Part shown: one piece after another, positions 55,133 to 62,443 of the stretch | How positions within the stretch are numbered: position 1 is the stretch's first letter | How the letters are laid out: the number at the start of each line of letters is the position of its first letter | Virus record (IMG/VR): IMGVR_UViG_3300028840_008185 | Coordinates: 254,374-318,373 of that record | Reading direction: 5' to 3' (one strand) | DNA: 64,000 nt | Translations under genes and position numbers: made by a program | Notes under the pieces: model-generated | The model's database searches: none | Seen by the model: the letters and a program-made list of their open reading frames with translations, nothing else | Told to the model about the DNA's origin: nothing

Positions 55133-55355
55133 CTTTTTTCTTGCTCCTGTTAATCGGTGCGTTTCTTGGCGCGGCATCCACCTGGGCCATTATTTCTTTC
55201 CTCTTTGCCTCTATCATATCTTTTACTGAGTTTTTTCTGGTAATGCTTGTTCTTTCGCCCTTTCTCATGGCTTTAAGTTCAAGTAGCCTACTACTAATAA
55301 TTCCCAGCATTCTTTCATAGTCTTCTATGAGTTCTTCTAGCAGTCTATCATCCAT
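55125..55355 (-). CDS. Small coiled-coil hypothetical protein
   Basis: 76-aa ORF with AAGGAGG RBS, tightly packed with its neighbours. Confidence 0.7.
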   Translation of the reverse strand: MDDRLLEELIEDYERMLGIISSRLLELKAMRKGERTSITRKNSVKDMIEAKRKEIMAQVDAAPRNAPINRSKKKDA

Positions 55356-55368
55356 TTTTTATCCTCCT

Positions 55369-57142
55369 TTATGTCCACTTGTTGAGATCGAGCGGACCTA
55401 ACACTCCATGCGTATATAGATTTCCTATTGGACCAGGAGCAGCATCAACGAACGAAGGAAAACCAATGCGGGCATCTAAAACATTACTAAGTACGGTACT
55501 ATAATCACAGGCAGTAAGCGAAACCATTGGGCCAGTGCCGCCGCCACTTACATCGACTATAACATTGCTATTTATTGTAGCCCCATTAGCACCAAAAGCA
55601 AATATTGTGGCTACAGTGGGAGCAAGGGAATTCAGATCGTTTATAAGAATATTATTGTCGCTTATTTGCACATGCTCCACTACAGGGGCCAACGATGGGG
55701 CTACCAACACTGCACTCCCAATCGCCCCCACACCTGTGAACTTGAAGTAGTTGTTCTGCACTCGTGTTCTATGTGAGTCCGACAGAGCTATTACTGCATC
55801 CCAATTTCCCCCAGTAAACGTACATCCTTGAATAAGCGATCCTTCTTGCACATTCCCAACCATGTATTTAGAATCTCCTAGATTCCAGTTTGTGCTTGAA
55901 AAGCCCTGAATGGTAACATTCTCTAGTTCCATAATTCCAAATGGAGTCGCAGGTTCAAGGCCCCCTTGCCCACTGTCTCCAAGTATCACTATTGTCATAT
56001 TTCCAGCGGGCGCACCACCATCCGTGGGAGATGATATCATAGCATTAATCAATTTAACTCTACCCTCACTCATAGTATATGTCGGGTCAGCAGCTGGTCT
56101 ACCACTCAATTGTATCACTGGATGGTCTGTGCTTAGGGTAAATCCATCTCTAATGGTCATTGGTATCCACCCACCATACATGAAAAATCCGTCTATTACG
56201 AGATCGGCGCATGATAGTGATATAGGGTTGTTACTAGAATCACTATGACCAAGAACATTCTCGTTCATATTTATGCGAAGGTTTTGAATCTTAAGTATAT
56301 CTGCCTCAGAACGTATGAAGCTAGTGCTTATTATTCCAGGGCCGTAGGTATACATATATAGTCCGTTAACTTCTGTTCTATCTCCTCCAAAGTCAATAAC
56401 AGGGGTGTTTGCTTTGTATGGTTCACATCTCACGGCACAATCGTGTATTTTAAGACCCGAGGTGCCACCTGCCCCTATAATTGCCTGAGCGCCGTAGCCA
56501 TCTATAAAAAAAGTATTGCTTACAACACAACCAAAACCATTATGATTAAGCAGTGTTACTTCTCCAACAGGTGCAAGTTCACACTGAGAAATTTCTGCTA
56601 ATATGCAGCCAGGCCCCGTGCTTATGCAATCCACACCAACTGGGGTCACTCTTGTTTGCTCCACCCTTGGCCTGCGCCCGGATTGTAGGTATATTGTTCC
56701 TTCAATCTCGCACTGCTTTACCAAGAAGTCATCACAATCGCTCACGAAAGCCTGGTATGCACCAGCACCGAAGTTGATGATTTCTATGTTTTGTATTGTA
56801 GATCCATACGCATCATGCTCAAAAGTAAGCATAAATGTTCCAACTTCATTTACCACTGTAGGTCTTTGTTCCACGCCAATGATTTTTACAGGTCTTGGGA
56901 GTATATGAGGCACGGTTATATGATATTCGCCCCCTCTTACCAAGATAGTTCCACCTGTAGCAGCTACATCTAAAAGAGCCCTTTCCAACGCGTCCATGCC
57001 ATTATACATGCCGCCTTCGGTGGTTACACCATCAGTGCATGAAATCACAGTCCGCGCATGATGATCGCCAGCCTCTATACGCTCATCCAAGCTTGGGAAA
57101 ATGCCTCCACCAATACCCCCAGTGGGACTAAATATATCACTA
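55369..57142 (-). repeat. Dispersed paralogous block, copy 2 (partner at ~13645-15430)
   Basis: See copy 1. Confidence 0.92.
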
Positions 57143-57708
57143 GCAGAGGCAGCATTCTGGCTGGCCAATAGAGTTGAAACATGATCCCTGACAGCACCGG
57201 CTGGCAAGCTAAGTGGGATTCCAGGCACGAGTCCCGTCCCAATCTTTTCATATCCACCGGGACTGCCCAATTGTTCAACTATGTCATCTGGAGTGATGCG
57301 GAAATTCTGCACTCCTAGGCCTGCACCGTCAGCAAAGGTGGAGAAACTACCAGGATAGTCAAACAAAAGTAGTAGTTCTTCTAACTGGATATCCAGAGTT
57401 GGTCCAACCAAACCATTAAATACAGCGACTTTCGGAGCCGTATCTATGTGATTATCGTTGTGTCTGAAAGCAACACCATTGACGTGCTCATCAAAGTTGG
57501 TTTCATTCACATTGATCCTAGAGCCGTAATCGTTCAGGCGAGCCACAACGGTTCCGTAAGCTCCATGTGGATTTACACCTAGCGTTTGCTCAAGTGCCAA
57601 GACAGCGCTTCTCAGATCATTGTGGTCTCCAGCTATGATCTCATCTATGCCATCGCGTGCCAGCCTTATTTGAGCATATCCGTCTATAGCGCCTGGATAT
57701 TGGGTCAT
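55369..57708 (-). CDS. Fibre/tailspike-like beta-helix protein (anchor shared with the 1540-aa fibre; body shared with the 735-aa protein)
   Basis: YPG.ID...LRSAV..EQTLG.NP.G...V.ARL N-terminus; the C-terminal ~590 aa are paralogous to 13645-15430. Confidence 0.75.
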   Translation of the reverse strand: MTQYPGAIDGYAQIRLARDGIDEIIAGDHNDLRSAVLALEQTLGVNPHGAYGTVVARLNDYGSRINVNETNFDEHVNGVAFRHNDNHIDTAPKVAVFNGLVGPTLDIQLEELLLLFDYPGSFSTFADGAGLGVQNFRITPDDIVEQLGSPGGYEKIGTGLVPGIPLSLPAGAVRDHVSTLLASQNAASASDIFSPTGGIGGGIFPSLDERIEAGDHHARTVISCTDGVTTEGGMYNGMDALERALLDVAATGGTILVRGGEYHITVPHILPRPVKIIGVEQRPTVVNEVGTFMLTFEHDAYGSTIQNIEIINFGAGAYQAFVSDCDDFLVKQCEIEGTIYLQSGRRPRVEQTRVTPVGVDCISTGPGCILAEISQCELAPVGEVTLLNHNGFGCVVSNTFFIDGYGAQAIIGAGGTSGLKIHDCAVRCEPYKANTPVIDFGGDRTEVNGLYMYTYGPGIISTSFIRSEADILKIQNLRINMNENVLGHSDSSNNPISLSCADLVIDGFFMYGGWIPMTIRDGFTLSTDHPVIQLSGRPAADPTYTMSEGRVKLINAMISSPTDGGAPAGNMTIVILGDSGQGGLEPATPFGIMELENVTIQGFSSTNWNLGDSKYMVGNVQEGSLIQGCTFTGGNWDAVIALSDSHRTRVQNNYFKFTGVGAIGSAVLVAPSLAPVVEHVQISDNNILINDLNSLAPTVATIFAFGANGATINSNVIVDVSGGGTGPMVSLTACDYSTVLSNVLDARIGFPSFVDAAPGPIGNLYTHGVLGPLDLNKWT

Positions 57709-57720
57709 TGTTTATTCACC

Positions 57721-59739
57721 TCAGGTAATTATAGTATGCGTATGGTTTAATACTTCTTGGATAATACCATTAAATATTACATGGTTGTGCCCCTGTGACT
57801 CCAGCGTGGCGGTCTTCAATGTAGCAATAGACGTGCCCTGCGGTATAATAATCTGATGTTGGTGTGCTGGAACCGCAGGTGCAGCATTCACCGTGGTAGT
57901 GCCTGTCACAGGATTTGGGCTTGCATCCCTAGTTACAGGGAATTGATAGATTATGTCGGTCTTCGGCACCCTCTTTAACGCTAATTTCTGGGCGCCTGTC
58001 TGAGTGAAGAAAGCTTTGTTTCTGGTCACATTTAACACAAAATATCGCCAAGCTTCAGTATTATCAGGATTAAACCTTATTAATATATCTCTATCCTTAA
58101 TAGCTGGGAACGGTAATGTCCAACCGTTAGGTTCATAGGCTGGCTCCAGTCCGCCACGATCCACTATATTCAAATCATCCGTGGCTGGATCTATTCTCAC
58201 CAATATTCTTCTATCTGGTCTTCTTGGGTTGAAGAACTGAGTGTAGCCCTGTGTGAATCCAGTTCCATAACAAATTGGGCATCTCTTATCTGGATGCTCT
58301 CTTCTCTGCATGAAACAAGGACATCTGGCTCCTGTCCACATCCTCCTAGCCAATACGAAAGGCTCACCAGTTGTTTCCAAAAGCAACTCTTCCCTTTGAA
58401 GCATATGGGTCCTAACGTCCGGAACTCTTACTTTTACATTCTTAGAAGGATCAGTTGGGTCTTTTATCATCTGAACGCCGCCCCAATAGGATCCAGAGCA
58501 TTGTCCCTCCATAAAACTTATTGGAGAGCGTGTTCTATATGAACCGCAATAGTCGAATCTTGGGAAATCTCCCGAGTTGTCATTGTTCGTCCCATCTGTA
58601 GTTAATGAATCTACAGTCTCTTGCCTAAATCTCAAATAGCCATCAGCGTAGCCATCGGTGTAACCATAGGCATACCCATCATACCCGTCTCTATATCCGC
58701 TTAATGCACAATCGTCGCTGTGCAGAACATTTGTAATCGCATAATTGGGCTTTTGGAAAGTCGGCTCAGCCTGGGCTATGATGGTATTGCCATCTTGTCT
58801 TCCTGGATACAGGAATATATTTTGTCCAGCTACGTGGGCTTCTCCTCTCGTTCCTTCATATCCGCGACCATCTGGACGAACTATAAATCTCGGAGGAACC
58901 TGGCTCTTTGCACTATAGGTTATAAGCTCGTCACCAATTCTCAATATTCCAAAGTCAGGGAACCCACTAACGGATGAAGCTGGAATAATCAAGGCTGTGG
59001 AACTAACTGATCCACTAACATAGGCATCAGGATAGAAGAACATATTGGTTCCAGCTTGCCTGAGCCCTGTTGTCGTAAATAGGTTTGGATCAAACTCACC
59101 AGCCCTAACACCAAAGAACAATTGATCACCAGGAGCGATTCCTCCAATTGTAGTCGTAGTGTCCTCTACTATAAACTCTGGGTAGCCGTCAAAAACGTCG
59201 GCTCTCTTATGCGCGATATAGACATTGTAGAACACCACATTATCTTCATCATAGGGATAAGCTTGTTTCCAGTTAAGCTCAACTTCAGTTCCAACTCCCT
59301 CATCTAGGGCCGCTACCAGTCCCAAATCTGTTGGCGGGAAGAACGGCCTATTAACTATGCAGGGTCTAGTTGGATTCGACGGAATGGGCTCTGGAGGTGG
59401 AGGGTTATAACCTGCCGTAAAGAATACGTAATCATATGCGTCTAAATTATTATACCCATCGCGCACGTCCATGTGGACTGCAATTTGAGCAGCCGCTCTA
59501 ATAAAATCTGGAGCCTTTGGATATATTCCAACAACCCATTTCCCTGTGCTAGGGAAAATCTTGCCCGTATAACCATTAACAAACGCACCAGCAAGAATAG
59601 CCTGGTAGCCATCAATGGAAGCCGCCAGGGTATTTATCTGAGCGCCGTTGGGCTGCTCCAAAACCGTAAAGCCCACAAGGGTGGTTCTTGGAACATCTGT
59701 TTGGTTAGGCGTTGGAATAAAGCCGGTAAACTGAGCCAT
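57721..59739 (-). CDS. Neck/head-closure-like protein with Ig/FN3 extension, DGY array, Zn-binding motif and His-rich tail
   Basis: FN3-like VELNW...FYNVY...GVRA; ARCPC...RCPICYGTGF; C-terminal HQH/HNH/HTH. Located among head-tail joining genes. Confidence 0.55.
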   Translation of the reverse strand: MAQFTGFIPTPNQTDVPRTTLVGFTVLEQPNGAQINTLAASIDGYQAILAGAFVNGYTGKIFPSTGKWVVGIYPKAPDFIRAAAQIAVHMDVRDGYNNLDAYDYVFFTAGYNPPPPEPIPSNPTRPCIVNRPFFPPTDLGLVAALDEGVGTEVELNWKQAYPYDEDNVVFYNVYIAHKRADVFDGYPEFIVEDTTTTIGGIAPGDQLFFGVRAGEFDPNLFTTTGLRQAGTNMFFYPDAYVSGSVSSTALIIPASSVSGFPDFGILRIGDELITYSAKSQVPPRFIVRPDGRGYEGTRGEAHVAGQNIFLYPGRQDGNTIIAQAEPTFQKPNYAITNVLHSDDCALSGYRDGYDGYAYGYTDGYADGYLRFRQETVDSLTTDGTNNDNSGDFPRFDYCGSYRTRSPISFMEGQCSGSYWGGVQMIKDPTDPSKNVKVRVPDVRTHMLQREELLLETTGEPFVLARRMWTGARCPCFMQRREHPDKRCPICYGTGFTQGYTQFFNPRRPDRRILVRIDPATDDLNIVDRGGLEPAYEPNGWTLPFPAIKDRDILIRFNPDNTEAWRYFVLNVTRNKAFFTQTGAQKLALKRVPKTDIIYQFPVTRDASPNPVTGTTTVNAAPAVPAHQHQIIIPQGTSIATLKTATLESQGHNHVIFNGIIQEVLNHTHTIIT

Positions 59740-59756
59740 TTAGAAACACCACCTAT

Positions 59757-60284
59757 TTATGAGTCGTCCGTGAGCTTTTCTTTTTTCTCTTCCCTTTCTT
59801 CCCCTTTTATGTTATGATGATCCAAAAGATTCTCTATATACTCTTGAACCTCCTGTTCTGGTTCGTGTTCTCTCATATATGAAATCTGTGCCTCGAAAGC
59901 TTCTTGTTCATTGGGATCGTTCAAGTAATCTTTTTTCTTTGTTTTTCCATTCACTTTGCCCGCTTCCTGCTGCATAACATGTACAATCTCATGAACCACA
60001 TAGCGCATCTTATCTTTCCACGGGCTATCAAGCAACTTCTCATTAAGCTGTATGTGCTCGTTAGTGGTCTTTGCAGAAACGTCTAGGGGCTCGAATGTGA
60101 TCTTCACAGAATCAACAAAGTTGGGATCCTTGTCATATTCTTCGCACTTCTCTAGATACTCCTCCTCGTCTTTGAGGTCGGCTTTTAGTTTCTCAACTAT
60201 CTTTTCCAGGTGCTCCTTGCTCCTCTGTTTCTTCTCTTCCCGCGCTTTTTTGAGCCTCTGGATCACTCTCCGTTTGTGATGCAT
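59757..60284 (-). CDS. HExxH zinc metallopeptidase-like protein
   Basis: YVVHEIVHVMQQ plus downstream YL.DP.EQEAFE. Start moved to ATG 60284 (GAGGAG/GAGG upstream). Confidence 0.7.
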   Translation of the reverse strand: MHHKRRVIQRLKKAREEKKQRSKEHLEKIVEKLKADLKDEEEYLEKCEEYDKDPNFVDSVKITFEPLDVSAKTTNEHIQLNEKLLDSPWKDKMRYVVHEIVHVMQQEAGKVNGKTKKKDYLNDPNEQEAFEAQISYMREHEPEQEVQEYIENLLDHHNIKGEEREEKKEKLTDDS

Positions 60285-60471
60285 GCTGCTGCCTCTCCTC
60301 ATTTTTAAGTACTGAAATAGCAAACACTTGCTCATACCTGCTCATCTGTTCTTCCGCTTGCTTCATAGCATTTTTAAGTCCAAGTATTTCCACTTTTATC
60401 TCTGCCGCACTTCTTGGATTTTCTACACCAGCATATATTATATGCTTCTTGACCAATCTTTCTACTACCAT
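60193..60471 (-). CDS. Hypothetical coiled-coil protein
   Basis: AAGGAG RBS 7 nt before the ATG; overlaps the peptidase gene by ~92 nt. Confidence 0.6.
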   Translation of the reverse strand: MVVERLVKKHIIYAGVENPRSAAEIKVEILGLKNAMKQAEEQMSRYEQVFAISVLKNEERQQHASQTESDPEAQKSAGREETEEQGAPGKDS

Positions 60472-60480
60472 AATTTCTCC

Positions 60481-61365
60481 TTATATGATTCTTCTCTGTC
60501 TAAGGTGTCGCAGCCTCATAAAGTTTGGATTATTAGCCAGAACTCTGAAACTTCCGAACCCGATTGGTTGTGGCTTAATACTCCACTTGATATGCTTCAA
60601 TTGCTCAACGTGCTTACTAACGAAAGTACTGAGTTGGTTGTTCAGCGTAGTAGACAGCGGTGGTGGCTGCATTGTAATTCCGTTGTCTGTAATTGTGAAT
60701 TCCCTGCCAGCTTCAATAAGCATTTGTGCAGCAGCCGCCAATATGTATGCGCCTTCCACAATCACATAAGCATAGCGATCATAAATCACAGGCATCGCGA
60801 ATGTAAAATCTGTAAAGTGAGGCGTCTGGTTAAACTCACTTAAACTTGCCCTTAAAAACCAAACCAACTCATCGTTAGTAAATATTGGACAATCAACCAA
60901 TTCAATATTTCCATATGCATCGAGCGCCTCTTTTTTGACATCATTTTTAAGTCTAGCCTTTAGCATAGCTAAAAGAATATTGATTCCGATAATTTCATCT
61001 TGTGAGTAACTAACACGAGCAGGATCACCTATCTGATCTCCAGATACCTCAATATCAGCACCTTGGCTTAAAACAATGAAGTTCAAATCTTCTTTGGTTT
61101 CAAAACCATTAACAACCACTCTCCAGCGATCAATCCAAATTCCAGTCTCTGCCGAAGATGGCACTTTATAGTTGAACCTAAATCTACCCACCTCGGTGCG
61201 AACCACATCGGTAGATGAAAGCCCTCTTCTCAAAAAGTCACGATTATCTATAATAGCGACTTCTGGTGGAGAGTCAGGATCTACTTGTGCTCCTCTAGCA
61301 TCTAGAACATCAACCTCTAGAACTATGGTATGTCCAATAATTACTTGTCTGTTGGTAGTTGCCAT
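60481..61365 (-). CDS. Head-tail adaptor-like protein with N-terminal Ig-like domain
   Basis: N-terminal beta-sandwich (GRFRFNYKVP...GIWIDRW) and helical C-terminal FTNDELVWFLRASLSEFN; located in the neck cluster. Confidence 0.55.
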   Translation of the reverse strand: MATTNRQVIIGHTIVLEVDVLDARGAQVDPDSPPEVAIIDNRDFLRRGLSSTDVVRTEVGRFRFNYKVPSSAETGIWIDRWRVVVNGFETKEDLNFIVLSQGADIEVSGDQIGDPARVSYSQDEIIGINILLAMLKARLKNDVKKEALDAYGNIELVDCPIFTNDELVWFLRASLSEFNQTPHFTDFTFAMPVIYDRYAYVIVEGAYILAAAAQMLIEAGREFTITDNGITMQPPPLSTTLNNQLSTFVSKHVEQLKHIKWSIKPQPIGFGSFRVLANNPNFMRLRHLRQRRII

Positions 61366-61368
61366 CTA

Positions 61369-61701
61369 TTAGCAGTCCTCCTCATCCGTAGCTACTCGTA
61401 TTCTTGGAAAGCCAAACGGTTTTTGTATTATAAAAGGCTCTATCTCTTCAATAGTATCTCCACCAACTTCCGCCTGGATTATGGCCGTGTAATTACCTAT
61501 TGTTGAAAATTCTGTCGTTTCAAATATATATGTGCCGTCTTTGAGCCTTATCATTGGCCTGGGAAAACCTGCCGCATTGGCTTTGCTCGGCAAAACTATT
61601 CTCTGTATACGCGCATTTGATACGGGTATGGGTTTTCCATTAAGCAAAACCTCCAGCGGTATGCGGACTTTTTCTCCTGGTTGATACGGGCCAATTCCCA
61701 T
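61369..61701 (-). CDS. Small Ig-like virion protein
   Basis: Beta-strand pattern (DGTYIF...GNYTAII); GAGG RBS. Confidence 0.6.
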   Translation of the reverse strand: MGIGPYQPGEKVRIPLEVLLNGKPIPVSNARIQRIVLPSKANAAGFPRPMIRLKDGTYIFETTEFSTIGNYTAIIQAEVGGDTIEEIEPFIIQKPFGFPRIRVATDEEDC

Positions 61702-61713
61702 TTATTTTTTACC

Positions 61714-62001
61714 TCATATTGGTGGTAATACTCTTCTATATCTTATATATAGTGGACAATCTACCTCTGGAGGAAACGGATCGTCGTTTACAAGAGTAAA
61801 TTCTTGCGAGCCAGTTTCTGTAAAATCATTATTTTTCGTGTAGGTTATGCCCACATACACAACTTCTAATGTTCCTGGGATATACTCAAAGGAAGTGGTA
61901 AATATTAGTTTATAGCCATCAGCTTGATCGGTTATATCTTCTAAAATATGCTGATGATCATACAGCCCAGTTCCTCCAGTAATTAGATTGATAGTGGCCA
62001 T
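61714..62001 (-). CDS. Small virion decoration-type beta domain
   Basis: DGYKLIFTTSFEYIPGTLEVVYVG...DFTETG...FTL...P...LYIRY, a pattern common in phage structural appendages. Confidence 0.6.
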   Translation of the reverse strand: MATINLITGGTGLYDHQHILEDITDQADGYKLIFTTSFEYIPGTLEVVYVGITYTKNNDFTETGSQEFTLVNDDPFPPEVDCPLYIRYRRVLPPI

Positions 62002-62023
62002 TTACACATTAACCCTCGCTTTT

Positions 62024-62365
62024 TCACATAGAATCTAACCATTTCTTTTTATTCTTTTCATCACTTTTGTCTTGTGATTCTATCTCACCAGAAACTTCTG
62101 TGTTTTCATTTGAAGCTACCACTTCGTCGTTTACAACTTCCTCCTTTTCATCTTCTATCGGATTTTCTGCCAGTTGCTTCAAAGCCGCTGCTCTATTCAC
62201 GATTGCTTTAAGCATATGTTCGGCACACTCCACAAAGCCCGTCCATCTTGCTCTTTGATCCATTGCTTGATCTCTAATGGGTTCTAAATTCATCTGCAAA
62301 TCTTCCAAAACACTAGCAACTCCTTTCATAATTTCTGGGGACATACTCTTCAACTTTTCTTCCAT
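62024..62365 (-). CDS. Hypothetical helical/acidic protein
   Basis: 113-aa ORF with AAGGAG RBS. Confidence 0.7.
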   Translation of the reverse strand: MEEKLKSMSPEIMKGVASVLEDLQMNLEPIRDQAMDQRARWTGFVECAEHMLKAIVNRAAALKQLAENPIEDEKEEVVNDEVVASNENTEVSGEIESQDKSDEKNKKKWLDSM

Positions 62366-62389
62366 CTTTTTTTCTCCTTTACCTTGATT

Positions 62390-62421
62390 AAAAAAGGGCG
62401 GCGGTTCTACCGCCGCCCTTT
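62390..62421 (-). terminator. Intrinsic terminator after the 518-aa gene
   Basis: 13-bp stem AAAGGGCGGCGGT/ACCGCCGCCCTTT with a U-run on the minus strand. Confidence 0.88.
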
Positions 62422-62443
62422 GTGAGCCTTAAAAGCTATTCAG

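Noticed and set aside
13645-57142. Paralogous beta-helix blocks as a diversity-generating retroelement VR/TR pair
   Set aside because: Both copies are coding, the differences are third-position and not adenine-specific, and there is no reverse transcriptase in the window.
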